Assembly (NCBI GenBank): GCA_973895155.1
Contig: OZ316898.1
Span: forward strand, 2,703,927 to 2,767,926
DNA: 64,000 nt
From: Marsupella aquatica
Lineage: Eukaryota; Plantae; Marchantiophyta
Direction: 5' to 3'
Every line of letters begins with the position of its first letter. Within the stretch, counting starts at the first letter, position 1. This document shows, one piece after another, positions 24,397 through 37,900 of the stretch. The position numbers and the translations under genes were made by a program. Below the pieces are notes generated by a model. It did no database searches. It was not told where the DNA came from and was given only the letters and a program-made list of their open reading frames with translations.

Positions 24397-25836
24397 ATGG
24401 TCCGTCTGTCAGCTGCAATGGCACAACTTGACAGCCATCCGAAGGAGGAGTTTGCAAAACTACAGCAGGTTGGGCAAAATACTCCAGAAACGCTCCTCAC
24501 GAGTATTCCGATTGTCGACTTTGCGGGCATAGACGGGCCAGAACACACGAGGATATGTCAGCAGATTGCAGAGGCTTGCGAGACTTGGGGCTTTTTCCAC
24601 TTGATCAATCATGGAGTTGACCAGTCTCTGCTTAAGAGAGCGAAGGAAGTGTCGTGGGAGTTCTTTCATGGCCCCGAGGAGGAGAAATCGAAGATCAAAG
24701 TTCAGGTACTTGAAGGTTGGAACCATTCCAAAAATTTGGTCGAAGGAAATAATATGATACAAAAGGATACAGTTGAGCATATGTACGTCGTTTGTCATCC
24801 AGAAAGACCAAATTCCGATCGAATTCCACAGCAACCACGATCATACAGGTATATATCACCTCCAATCCTAGCTGATAAAAATAATGGGCAATTTTGTCGA
24901 TTCTGGACGTCAATTTTAAAGACAATCAACGAAAAATGGATTGCTGGCGAGTTACAACGTGAGATCGGAAATCTTTGCAGCGTGATCTCTTTCTGACCAG
25001 TTGATTCATGGAGTTGCATAAAGCTTCATATTCAAATGTTTCATAGCTTTGTCTTGATTCAACAGACCTACAATATTGGAGTACACGAAACGGCTAAAGT
25101 TTCTGGGTGAGAAACTGCTTATTATACTTTCAGAAATGCTGGGTCTCGCGCCTGAAGCGTTACAGACCGCTATGATTCGTGGCACCGCCAGCCAATGCGT
25201 CCAGATTAGTTTGAGGTCCAATTTCTATGGAATGAACGAAAATGGGGAAGCACTTCCAAATCTTTGCCACGCCCACAGCGATCCTGGTTATCTTACGTTT
25301 TTACTTGCCGACGAGGCTCCGGGACTGGAAATCAGAAAGGATGGGCATTGGGTGAAAGTCGACCCCATACCCGGTGGTTTGATCGTTAACGTCGCTGACA
25401 CGCTCGAGGTAAAGTTCCTTTGCTTGTTTCGGATTCATTGGGTGCATCAAATCTGACATTTTGTGCCAAAAATATTATGTCTACAAACGCATAGCGAGTG
25501 AGGATAGTCTTTTGTAGTGCTTCAAATTTTATGATCTGTCCTAAGATCAGCATTCCTTTAATCGGCTTATACAACTGATTTGACGGAGAACAGGTCTGCA
25601 GTAATGGTCGTTACAAGAGCATTTACCACAGGGGACTACCATGTGGCAAGCAAGAGCGGCTATCATTGGCAAATTTTCAGATGCCCGAGATGGATGCAGT
25701 GATTGGTCCAATTCCGTCGCTCATGAATGAAAGCCATCCTCCTCTGTATAGAACTTTCCAATTTGGAGAATACGTCCTAGCAGCCATAGAACGTGGGCTG
25801 GACGACACACCTGGATTACAGTCCTTCAAACTATAA
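24397..25836 (+). CDS. 2-oxoglutarate/Fe(II)-dependent dioxygenase (DOXC class), copy 2; exons 24397(or 24418)-24848, 25066-25408, 25594-25836
   Basis: Paralogue of copy 1 with the same intron positions. HSD...H triad, SNGRYKSIYHR, RLS motif. Confidence 0.92.
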
Positions 25837-27660
25837 TAGACAGTGTTGATTCGATTTCATTAAGTACGACATAGCTCTCAAAGCTGAGTGCTTACTGTCG
25901 ACCTATCGCTCGCTTGAAGACAGATCATGGGCCAGATTTGCAAGACGGTGTACAGTATTAAATGAATACAAATTCCATTCAATTGCCGTGACTTATGTAC
26001 ATATGTTTCAATACTTGTGATTGTTATTACAAGGCTCCAGGCTCGAGTTCAAGCATGATCCGCTATACGATGGTTGACTGTAGCACCGACAACAGCTCCA
26101 TGAGCATCATTCTGTCATGGACTGACCGAACAGCTGTGCCCATCACGAGGATTGGATCTAAATTAGGTGTTTATGTCCAACTCTTTGATGACCTCTGTGT
26201 ACACAGAGTCACAGACAACGCCATAGAACATTGCGAGAGCAATAGAAAAGCAGGCAGAGGAATTCGAGTAAGTGTTCCTTTGACAGTGTTGTTGTTACAA
26301 GTAGGGGCCCTGAATTTTGGGTTAGAGCCTCCAAGACTATGCCAGAGACTGCCTCAATGCTAGGGGATGAGCTGCACAATTGGAACATAATTTTTTCTTC
26401 AAATTCATGCACAATTAGTTCTACACATATGCGTTGCACACGCACAAAACGATGTTGTTACACAACAGATGTCTTTGTGTAAAAAATGTAGTCGAGTGAC
26501 TCTGTTAGATTGTAATTATATAGCCTGATGTCAAGGTGTGACAAAGACATGCAACTGAGGGACGAAAATCTTGTTGTTATTTGGGTTGTGTCATTTGTAC
26601 AACCATGTTGTGTTTGTGAAAGTGTTGTTGATTGGTTGGGTTGGGTGATTGTTGTTGTCAAACTCTTGTCATTTAAATTAAATAATGTTGTAATTGTAAA
26701 AGTGATGTTGTTGGGGAGGACAAGGGTGTGGAGAATTAGGGCTACACAAGAAAAGGAATAAAGTAGGGGGCATCATGGGGTCCAGCTCGATGTTATATGG
26801 AGGAAGTGAATTTTTTAATTTTTTGACGTCCCTATCCCCCCCTTCCCCATGCCTTCACTTTCTTTCCTCTTGCGTTCCCTGCCTTCCCCTTCCCCTTCCC
26901 CTTTTTCTTTCCTCCAACATTATTCAAAAAGAGAACAAAAGTTGGGAAGAAAAGACAAAATCAACCTGCAAAAATGGAAAATTCTCTTGAGTTCTCAAGG
27001 GCCAAAAACCTATTTCTCCTTTCGTCACTCCGTGACATAAACCTCCATATCATGTCAATCTATTTTCCCTTTAGTGCTCTATGCTCAGAAGAAGACACTA
27101 TCCCACGCATTGAGTATTTATTGGCATAGAGCATTAAAGGGAAAATATGATCCCAGGCAATCATGTATCCTAGCACATGTACTATACTCCTACTACAGCT
27201 ACCCATTGCAGTCAATGCAGGCCAGAGTTTCAAATAACTCTGAACAATATCTAACAACAGAGTATCGTTCCCTCATTTTTCAATTTGTAAACAGGCTATG
27301 GGAGGGATTGGGCATGGTCCCTTATTATGGTGGTTGATGAAAAGTTTTTGCATCTTTGTTTACCTCTTCAGTTGAGTGAAAATTTCCTTACTGGAAGTCT
27401 CTCACCAAATAATCTTCTTCTGAGCATTAGGCTGATGATTGATTGGCTGTGGGACTGTAAAAAAAAGATAAGCATGTTTTGGCATCTACTATAATATCAC
27501 ATAAGGATCTAATAGATCAAGCCTGGAATCAAGCAAAAATACTTTTGGCTGAATCAAGTATACTTTTGATTTTGAGGAGCTGATCGATTGGCTGTCACCA
27601 ATGAAATTAAGTTCAGGATATAAATTGAGGAAGCTTATAGGCTCAAAACAGCTGTACATC

Positions 27661-27891
27661 AGGGTGCCTCAAAGTTTCAAAGTTATGGACTATGGGTTTT
27701 GGCCTTAACAAATAACCATTAATAGCTTATTTCATAGTGTTATGTACAAGTTTTTTTTTGTTTTTATCCACTAGTCTCTACAGTGGAATTATGGCAAACA
27801 ATTATGTATCATGAATTTGGTAGTCCATATATTTTTCTGTAGTAGTTCATGTCCATCAAATTTCAAAGAATTTGAAACTTTGAGACACCCT
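27661..27891. mobile_element. MITE with ~21-bp TIRs (Tc1/mariner-like AGGGTG end)
   Basis: agggtgcctcaaagtttcaaa at 27661 and tttgaaactttgagacaccct ending at 27891. TSD not clear. Confidence 0.65.
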
Positions 27892-28006
27892 TTTAGAGTC
27901 AATGAAGTTGACAGTACCACTGGCGGCAGACATTGTAACATTATAGAACTCACCATATTGCCTCATAATTAGTACCAAGGAAGCTAGACCAAAGCATACA
28001 CAAATA

Positions 28007-28472
28007 CAGTTAGCTCTCTCTAAGTGCATGCTCTTGGGAAGACTAAATTGGCATGCACTAAACCAGGTGTTGCATTCCTTGATAAACGCACCCCCCCAAA
28101 ATGTGCACTTATCAAAAAGTGCACTTGAGTTAGATTCCTTTGTTAAATTTAGAGCCTCTCTGTTAGTGAGTAGTCACCCTCTACTTTGTATCCCTGCCCT
28201 TATTCTGTGCCCACCCTCCTTAAGTGCATTCTATACTCTACTAAGAATGGGCATGCATTTACCGGCCTGTAAATGTGATTTCATGATTTTGTGCTTTTAG
28301 CCTGAAACGCTTATCAAGGGTAAGCACTTATAAAGTTGTCCTTCAGCAAAATGATTTTAGCCCTGTGTGCGCTTAGAAAAAGCACTTAACCCATGTAAAA
28401 AAAGGGAAGAACAGGATGACCTGCACTAATCAAGGTAAGCGCTTATAAAGTGTGCGCTTAGAGAGAGCCCTG
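28007..28472. mobile_element. Tc1/mariner/pogo-type MITE with TA TSD
   Basis: TA|cagttagctctctctaagtgca ... tgcgcttagagagagccctg|TA. Confidence 0.75.
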
Positions 28473-28514
28473 TATAGAGTCTTTAGAAGAGTCATTCTAA
28501 AGGGTACAGGTATT

Positions 28515-29545
28515 ATAGCCAAAACACATTGCAAATGTTTTTGGTTGGGGAATTTCTTTCATGGGGAGAATGAGATAAACTTGGGAGGATTCACAAGGTG
28601 GTTCACGTTTTAACATTAACGTCTTAGAGACGTAAAGCTCAGATTCCATCGTTGAAGCATCTACTGTAGCTCAAAAAGTCTACTGAGTATGCTCTGTGCT
28701 AGCCATCGAGACCATGCTTAGAAGTACATGAATTCTAGGAATGTTTGACAGGGGACCATGCTTAGAAGTACATGAATTCTAGGAATGTTTGACAGGGGAC
28801 AGTAAGTTCCTTTAAACCACGAGGGGTTCTCGTGAGTGAAACTGGTGAACCCTCTTGTAGCGTACTTGTCGATCAAACATAGAGTGCCTCAGGTTTTGGA
28901 CACCTGCCTGCCTGCCTTAGATCATGTCGAGAATACAAGGGTACTGAATTGCACTCCCCACCTGAATTTTTGGAAATCTGTTGACATCAGAACGTCTCGA
29001 ATTTGGTTCTTGTTTGAGTAGATTTCCTTCCTAAATCATTTGGAAACTTGTATTCCAGTTTATAGGATATTCTGAATTGCACGCGCTGCCGGATTCTTTG
29101 AAAACTGTTGGCATTAGAAGATCCTGAGATTGGTTCTTGATTAATTGCACTCCCTGCCTGAATCTTTTGGAAACGTGTCTGCAATAATAGATCATCTCGA
29201 TTTTATGGCTGTCTACAAGTACATGTCCGGCCTGAATTATTCGGAATCAAGTGCCCGTGAAACACGTGAAATCTAGTTGTGCTCTATCCTTGCCCTGCCT
29301 GTATCCTACAGACACTATTCGGCGTGCATCTCGGGTCCTACTTTCCCTACTGGATTTTTTTGGGGGCTCAAAACCTGAGCTGAGTTGACTGTTTAAGAAT
29401 GTCCAGAGCTGAAGGTACTACAAGAATCATTTGGGCGAGGGTTCGTGTAATTTGCGAAGTCTGCCAGAATCCTTCGGCCAATGGACAAACCTGCAGCACT
29501 TGAAGATGGATGTGAGGGTCTGGAGTAACAAATTACCCAATTCTA
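28515..29545 (+). repeat. ~1 kb dispersed repeat, inverted copy at ~51250-52290
   Basis: Colinear reverse-complement matches, e.g. 29461 ctgccagaatccttcggccaatggacaaacc vs ~51324 ggtttgtccattggccgaaggattctggcag, and ~28550 aatttctttcatgggg vs ~52243 ccccatgaaagaaatt. Confidence 0.88.
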
Positions 29546-30545
29546 TACCAGGACTTAGGTACCTGTCAATCTAGGCGCAGGTAGGTTCATATTTATTCCT
29601 TGCCATATCCATACAGGTTCCAAAAAACACTAAATTCCCTGTCTCGTTGACGCGCATATCCACAAATTCTAGACGATTCCACGCTCAAGTATAAAGGCAA
29701 AACTCACAATACGGACTCTAACCTTGCCCACCACGGAAACTGCGTTTTTCCAGAGCAAAGAAAAACAATCTGAGGCGTCCTTACAAGGATTCTAAGAGAT
29801 CGCACCCTCTATAGATAAAAACTACTCTCACATACTCGAACAGATCCAAAATTAGTCTCGAGTTACTATCGGTGCCCCAACAGCTTTCTCTTAGTATCTT
29901 GTGTCAAATGATACGAAGTTGCATGAGTTTGCTAGAGAACTTTCGTACTTTACAATCCGTCCAATCCGATGACACAGGGATCCTTACTGAATTTAACTAG
30001 TCTAACAAGTTCAAAATAACCATGTGCATATGATACACAAGCTAAAGCACGTTCAAGAAGGACAGTGGAGGATTTGTCTGACATCCATTTATGAACTCCT
30101 GGGAATGATCACTGTGAGCCCCGTTGAATAGCGCTAGGCCTGAAATTAAAACAATGCTGGCGGGGCATGGTAGTGCTAAGAGTATGCTTAGCTGTATAAT
30201 TTACAAATTGAGAAGCAGCAATGATATCTACCAACGTGCGCTCCAGAAAGCTGCTTCCGTAGGTTTGAATGCTTGAACCTGTTTTCATTTTGCCTGTTTC
30301 TTGACTTTCAAACCCTGCTCTGTAAGAAAATATGAACTATGAAGAACTTCTATCATGGGGAATATGGCAAATCTGTTCACCATTAGCCTAATCTATTCTG
30401 CCTCTAAATTCCCCCCTCTAATCTAAAACTTTGCGACGTCTTTTGTAAGGCATTTGTCTGCATGGTACCCATCTGTGGAGCATTGGTCTTAGTGCCCTAT
30501 CCACAAATTGCAAACTGGGCGAACCATCCTATGGTAGCTAGCGAT

Positions 30546-31937
30546 TTACCGTGCCTCCATAGTTCGGCTCATCAGAGCCTTGCTTGTCATCATGCTCGCC
30601 TCCCATTTCTCGGACGCGATCATAACCCTCGAGAGGTCAAAGGCAATACTTCTCATCTCAGGGCGGCTGGCTGGATTACTGTCTACGCACGACTTCCCTA
30701 GCTGGGCAACCTTCAGTGCTAAAGGTAAAGGATAAGAGTCCTTCAGAAGCGGATCCATCCATTGCCGAAGCCTGGCTTTGGGCTCCTGATCTTCCAGAAT
30801 TGCCTGGATTGCTTCGAAGAGAGTGAATCGTTTGAGAGTGTTGGGGCTACCTACGCTGCTATCAGGACGAAAGACGATGGCTTCCTGTCCTGAGAGAATC
30901 TCCAACAGCACTACTCCAAAAGCGAACACATCTAACTTGGATGTCACCACTCCAGATCTCATGTATTCAGGTGCCATGTACCCTCTAGTGCCTGTGAGCT
31001 TCCTGCTACGTGACCGACTCAGTCTTGGCCTAACCACACTTGGTGACGCTGGCTCCTCCGACACCTCAGTGATCTCGCTGGAACTGGCAATATTAGAGCT
31101 GTTGGTCCGAGAGAATTGCTGCGTTGGAGGGACTTCTCCTGCTAGGTCAGCAATTCCAAATTGAGCGATCTTGGCGCGCAAGGTTTCGGAGTCCAGAAGA
31201 ATGTTGTTGCTCTTGACATATTTGTGGACCAAAGGGATGTGTGCACTCTCATGCAAGTACTCCAACCCCTTGGCAACATCCACGGCAACCTGTAGTCGCT
31301 TCATCCAGGTATTGAGGACACAAAATCCTGGAGAATGGACGCTTCTTAGGCAATCTCTCAATTTAGCTGCGTTGAGGAATGGGTACACTGCATACAAATA
31401 ATCTCCAGTTTCGGTAGAGCAAGCCCCAATCATGGACACGACATTGCTATGATGAACGCTGCAGAGGGTCTTCAGCTTTGGTACTAGGTCCGTGTACATA
31501 TCTCCCTTCTTGTGGACAGAAATTGCAACATCCATACCACCTCTTACTGTTCCTCTGTACACAGAATTGCCGATCTTCTTAGATTGGCTGAAGCCGTCGG
31601 TGGCTTTGTTGAGCTCCTTGTACTGGAAAACGATTGCCCCATCTCCCACAACCTCCCTCAACGCCGGTAGAGAGCTTTTGGAGCCAGTACTGCTTGTGGA
31701 CTCCTTGGAATGGCTCTGTCTACAGGAACTCTGTAACTCTTTTGAATGGGTCGGTGTGAAGTTTGAGATGGTCTGAGATGTCAACTCTATGCTGCTGCTG
31801 CTGTCGTGTTGGTTGACCCTACTGCTGGTCCTCGAGGGCCATGTTCTCGCTTCAGCCTGCGGTTTTTCGGTGTCATTGCCGGATTTTGGCGGTATCGGCT
31901 TTGAGGACTTTGTAGACTTGCGCTTCACCAAGCACAT
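30546..31937 (-). CDS. Intronless receptor-like cytoplasmic kinase (LysM-RLK-related kinase domain, no ectodomain), predicted pseudokinase
   Basis: Likely start MCLVKRK (463 aa), Ser-rich N-terminus. F.YKELNKATDGFS, VHHSNVV, W..RLQVAVDVAKGLEYLH, GTRGYMAPEY, DVFAFGVVLLEILSG, C...P..RPEM. The catalytic motifs are altered (VAIS, HKY, QFG). Confidence 0.9.
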   Translation of the reverse strand: MCLVKRKSTKSSKPIPPKSGNDTEKPQAEARTWPSRTSSRVNQHDSSSSIELTSQTISNFTPTHSKELQSSCRQSHSKESTSSTGSKSSLPALREVVGDGAIVFQYKELNKATDGFSQSKKIGNSVYRGTVRGGMDVAISVHKKGDMYTDLVPKLKTLCSVHHSNVVSMIGACSTETGDYLYAVYPFLNAAKLRDCLRSVHSPGFCVLNTWMKRLQVAVDVAKGLEYLHESAHIPLVHKYVKSNNILLDSETLRAKIAQFGIADLAGEVPPTQQFSRTNSSNIASSSEITEVSEEPASPSVVRPRLSRSRSRKLTGTRGYMAPEYMRSGVVTSKLDVFAFGVVLLEILSGQEAIVFRPDSSVGSPNTLKRFTLFEAIQAILEDQEPKARLRQWMDPLLKDSYPLPLALKVAQLGKSCVDSNPASRPEMRSIAFDLSRVMIASEKWEASMMTSKALMSRTMEAR

Positions 31938-34900
31938 ACTGAAAGTGTAACGTAGAGCAGGCTTGATGGACAGCATACCCATCAACCGGTACATAATTTG
32001 CTTCTGAACATTGCCCACTCTGCCAAATGCACTTGTGGACTTCGTCTCACCCTGCTGATCACTAAATTGTTGAACAGCATAATCCACGAATGTACTCCCA
32101 AGTTCAGTGGCGGCACAGCTACCTTAGAGCTGAAGAATAGCTCCACCTCCCAATAGATCCGGAACTACTCGCAATAAAGGAAAGCAGTGAAGAAACTTAC
32201 ATCTCCTTTTAGTCTCGGCAATGTGATCTGTGAAGAGAGTCATAGATCAGCATGTCGGTTCCAACCTCGTTTGTATTGAAGTACTGTACACAGGTTAAAG
32301 ACGAAGAACTGCCATCATGTCCCTCTGCTGTTGTACTTATTTAAGGTGAAGTCATCCCAGTCGCTGCGCTCTGAATACTTCAGTCTAAGCATGTGCTTCC
32401 CAGCCGCTTGATGGTCCAGGTACCAGACCACAAGCCAGACGAAAAGGTCCGGCCATCCAACTTCCACACTACCTTAACCCTCAAGTTGACTGAGTTGACT
32501 GAGTTGACAGAGCTCAGCATGCTACTTCCAGCCTGCTTCAGCAACCGATACACCAGGAGAAACAAGCTCTAAAACAAAAAGTGATGTTCAAAACGAGAGG
32601 AAGATATCATCTCATTCGCTCACTTCAGTAACCATTCTATCCGGGCTTCAGCTGATAACAACTCGCCTTGGTGGTTCTGAGCTCCGGTTTACAACCAGAT
32701 TGATGGGGATATCTCCAACAGTTATCTTGCCGCTATCAAAGTACTGAGCCTACCCCAAACACACTCCATTTCTCTGCTCCACCTTCGCATCACCTGGGGC
32801 CCCTGCTCGATCCTGATCCCGAAGCTCAGCAGTTCGCACAGCATTGGCCAAATCTGTGCAGAAACGACGAAGCAGTCCCACAACAACCAAATCAGAAAAC
32901 CGTTCTCCCGTCCATCACCTGGATTTGCTCCTGCTACAGCTCCTGCTGTCCCCCAACTTTGTCTTCTCACAGTCTTCCCCCAACTTTGTCTTCTCACAGT
33001 CTTCCCCCAACTTTGTCTTCTCAGTCTTTCTCACAGTCTTCCGCTTCTCACGATTCCCTCTCGCTTCCTCTACTCTACATCATTTTTCCATGGACATGAA
33101 TCATCTTTCTGCTGAAGGACGAACATCGCCAGGACAAAACTACTCACAGACAGATCGAAACTGCGTCCACACTCCTTGTTGGGACTCGGGATTCTCGTGT
33201 TCCACTCGTCCGACACTCTCTCTGATGAGACGACATAACAGAGCTGCTCAGCTCCCCGATGACTCACTGCTCTCGCCACGTCGTCGTGGTCCTCTGCTAG
33301 CACTCACACTGTCTAGTGGTCCCGAAGATCCAACGGTGGAGCCCCTGGAATTCTCTGCGAGCCGTCGATCCCTGAGGCCGCCACACGGATACCATACGGT
33401 ACGGTGTAACGGTATTCCTCTCGGTACTAATACAGAGACCCTGGACCGAATTTTTAATGGCGAAAATTCCAATTATCTCGTCTCGATCGTCGATATAGGA
33501 GATCTACGGCGTGCGGTGGGCATTTAGTAGGGCTATTGTCGTGGCGAGCAGGCATTATTTGTGCGATCGCGATCGAACCTTCCAATCTGTCAATCGCAGT
33601 CAGCACGTGATGAGATCGACGACTGGAGTACATCTAGGAAGAATTATTAGTTTAAATAATTAAGGGAATTAGTAGGGGGAGACTGTATACCGTTGGATTC
33701 TTTCTCGATTTTCCCGTACTACATTATAGATGAGGATGCATGAGCCATCATAATGTTCACGGAACACTGTCCCCATTATTGTACCTTGCTTCTTCCAAAT
33801 AAAATTCTTACTACTTTAAACTCATTCCAATTTATTCGTGACTCACTAAGAGTAAACTGCATAGTATTCATAGAAGGGTCACGAATAAACAGTCATCGAA
33901 AACTATAGTACTTAGTTGTGTCATTCTTTGGCATGGTAATCATTCAAATTTGCAGCGCAGAAAAAAGATCTGCTCAATAAAGAGAACGCATAAAACCAAG
34001 AGTAAATTAAATTTAGCATGTACCAAAGGAATAGAAAGGTTTCACACAGAAAGGAATGAAATGAAATGTTGTTACATGCACAACATTTCAAGGAGGACCC
34101 GCATGGATGCACAAGAAGACAATGCGATACTTACTCATTTGCAAAGTGTAATGATGAGAAATATAGATAATGGTGCAAACAAATAAAAACGCCAAACCCC
34201 CCAAACCGGGAGACCCAAACCAGGAGATACGGTCCCATAGGCAAAGCAACCCAATAAAGGAGAAGGAGAAAAGGGCCAAACAAGCCAAGCAGACCCTACA
34301 ACCATAAGGAAACAACCAACCAAAGAATACACTAAGTGGCCAAGAAAACTAGTGCCCTAGTGGATACAGAACTGAAAAGTCTGGTAGAGTTATAGAGTAA
34401 ACCGCATAGGAGAGTCACAAAATGAAATCTGCCCAGATGCCGTAAAATCAACAATTGTCTCAGCTCTACCCAGGATAATGAATATCTAAGTTATTTGAAG
34501 TGCCATGGATATCCTCTGTCTAAACAAGGTGGTGAGGACAAAGACAGGAGGATAAGGCCTTTGCTCAATCCAAAATACCTCACAAGCCTAAGGAACTGGT
34601 CAAAGGTAGGATGCATTACTATACCAAAGACCTCAAGTTAGAGCAAAAGGGTAAAACAAATCACTAGAGTAATAAACAATGTAGGTTTCCTCCTTGAACC
34701 AAGGCTGTGTGACCGCATACAAGTATGGGCGACAACCGCAACTTGGATCCCTCCTATAGGATATGCAACAAAGACATCACCCAGAGAACGAGCCCCTACA
34801 CAAGAAAGACCAAATCGGCCCGCCACCCAATTTATTTGAATGAAGTCAAGTACAAAAATTTAGATGGTACAACGGGAGAAGTTTAAATGCAAAAGCTTCC

Positions 34901-37900
34901 TCTGCATGCATGGATGATAGGGAGGGGCGCATCTCTTTTGAGTAAAATTTGTTCTTTGTACAATGACATTTTTTTTGCATACAACATATTTTACCAATGA
35001 TATCTATTTTGTAAATGATATTTTTTAACAAGACATTTTTTGTGCAACGTCATCCTTCATGCAATGAGAATGTAACTTTGCACAACATCATCTTTTTTGT
35101 ATTCATACTTTTTCACTTTATGACATTTTTGTACGATATCTTTTACTTAACTACATGTTTTGCGCATTCAACATCATCTTTCATGCAACATCTTTATGCA
35201 ACAACATCTTCTGTTCAATGCATGGGGATTGAGCTTGTAAGTCTAGAATAGGAAGCATTTTCTTCAATGTTGAAGAGCAATGGTACAATAATGAAGAGGT
35301 GACCCTTGTATGCAGTTGTTTTTAGTGATACTCCTATGGAAATAATTCTTGACCCTCTTATCCAATTTATTCTGGAGCTTTAGTTTTATTCTTCTTGTCA
35401 CCCTCTTCTGATTTATTTTTTAGTTTTACCAGGGGTGCGTTTGGTTTACTCTTGGGCTTTATTGGTGAGTATTTTCAGTTTGCTGCCTACAGTAGTAGAA
35501 GTTTGGTTTGCTGCTCGGTCAGCTTTTATTGTAGATGACCAAGAACACGCATGGCCCGGCAGAAACTCACGATTTATTAGCAATAGAAAACATACAAGAA
35601 AAAACAATATGAAGAAAGTGGAAGAAGGTAATAGCAAAAATTTCTCTGTAACCCCCCTAGGCAGTTTACTCGAGGCTTTCCTGGAAAAATTTGTTGCACA
35701 ATAGGCTTGAGTTCTTTTGCTGTTTTCTTGGGCTTTTTGGCTCCTTGGGTTTTCCACTTGTTTTTTGACTTCTATTGGGTCTCCTGCCGGTCTCCTGCCT
35801 AAGGAGTCCTCTCTCTGGATTTGGGACTTTCTGTTCTCAGGCAAGGTTTGGTTTTGGATGGAAAAGCATTTTGCCATGTTGACTGATAACACTTTTCTAC
35901 TTGTGGGTTTTGTCTAGCTACTTAACACTTTTCAACTTGTGGGTTTTGATAGCTTTCATTGTTTATTGGAGTTTACTTCACCTACTGAGTAACTGGAGTT
36001 TACGTCACCTGTTGAATAAAGCACTTGGTGGGTGATGTACGTTGGTGGGAGGAGTCATTCCGAACACGCAAGGAATGAGAGATCAAAGATTGAGCGCACA
36101 AAATAATGTGAGAAAGAGTCAGAATTTCGATGACAGGGGCGCAAGGACGGTACCATGCAATGCACTTGAATTCCATTCGGGCCTTGGGAATAAGGCATCT
36201 TCTGCAGCCCTGTCCGTGAATTCCAGAATGGGATAGACGTTAGCCGGTTCAATTGTCACAAATATTGCCTGGACAATTTCGCAATTGTATGAATACATAT
36301 ATATTTCAGGTCCACTACATCAAGTAAGTCTCTGCCGGTGAAGTGAACAACATACTACAAAAGCCTCTCTGTTGGTTGAGTCAATCCGCAATACTAGTAG
36401 AATCGAGTCTTCTCAAGTTTTTGGCAGAATCAAGTCTTCTCAAGTTTTTGGCAGTTCAATTTCTTTCATTGACCGGGTTTTCTCTCGACATTCAATCCAT
36501 CTTTTAGACCAAACATGGTGGTCAGCATATCTCCAGCCTTTTCTCGTCGAAACAGGGTCCAGCCAGGACTGCCTGTTGCTCAGTCTAAATTCTCGTTCGG
36601 GGTTTCGCTCCCTAGTTTTGCAGAAGCAACAGAATTGAAGTGTCCACGACACTGAGCATATTCACAATCCAACAACAACATCACCCACTGTTAATCTCGG
36701 ACCTTCATAACAACATGCTTCGGATCTGAGGTATTATCTCCAATTTGCATCTGCATTGGGAATTTGTGTTCGTTTCAATGCCCCCCACTGCCCGCCCCAC
36801 GGACAGGCCACAGAAGAAAATACGGAGGTTTTCCATTCACAGGAGTCTCTCGAGTCTTACTTACTTGGTCTACAAGCAGTCAGCTGCTGACGTGAGGCTC
36901 AGCGAGAGTGTGGAGCCCAGGAATGAGCCCCTCCCCCACCCTCGGCCCCCCACATAATCTCTCCAAAAACCGCCCGAGAAGATAATGGGCAGCCCAAGAC
37001 AGAAAGCTCGAGAAAGGGTCCACCACTCGAGCATGACTGTGCAATGCAAAAAGCCAAACAGTTAGTACACTACAGTCTAGCGATGCACACACTGACGATC
37101 AAACGATGGACACACTGAAGTACTGAACAACGATGCGTTACCGGAGCTCACGCGGGACAATAGTGGACTCCTTTCTCACAGCCTTTCTGTCTCCCACTGA
37201 CATATCACGAACGGTAAGGAAATGGCACGGAAAAATATGTGCATTGGTGCACATCGCAATGACTGACACGGTATACTTCTGTGGTGGGACTTTTGGGCTT
37301 GTGAGGTTTTCATTGTGACTTTGTGAGGTCATTGCTGCAGAGGGAGCATTCAAGAGTGGGACCCAGTCTAATAATAGGGCCTGAATGGGACCCAGAGGTC
37401 ATAATAATAGGGCTCATTCCCAGAGGTTTCCAGCTACCAGAATGCTACAGGGGGGGTCACTGACCAAAATATGTGGTGACCGACCAAATTGGTACAAGTA
37501 ATGGGAGCCAGAATGGTACTTTTATGAGGTAAATGCCCAATGTTGTCTGTTAAAATTGGCCACTACTGTAGCCAATTTTTTGGCTAGTTCTAATCACAAT
37601 ACTGGGAAAGCACGCTGAGGAAACTTTTTAGTTGGAAAAGTTTGAATGGCCACCCGTGAAAGTCCAGAAGCAAGGAAAAAAACCTTTTCAAGATCAAATA
37701 CTGCAAACCAAGTTGTCACAGTATGAGCAATGGGTATCTACACAATATACACAATATAATAAGGGATCCGGCTCTTTTGAAGGCATCGCTGTATACGAAA
37801 ATAGAATTGGCGGGAATTAATCTCAACCCTTAGATGTAAAGGATGTCTTTTTGTGACCCTGGATTGGAAAAAGTTCATACCTGTAAATACCTCAAAAGAT

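Noticed and set aside
31938-32087. 50-aa N-terminal extension of the kinase in the ORF track
   Set aside because: It starts at a non-ATG codon and has no signal or TM character. MCLVKRK at 31937 is the more plausible start, although nearby upstream ATGs cannot be excluded.
32844-33527. 227-aa plus-strand ORF
   Set aside because: No recognisable domain, non-ATG start, built partly from a short tandem repeat, and antisense to the probable 5' UTR/promoter of the kinase.
34190-34860. Possible degraded LINE 3' end
   Set aside because: Only compositional resemblance; no clear RT or zinc-finger motif could be read.
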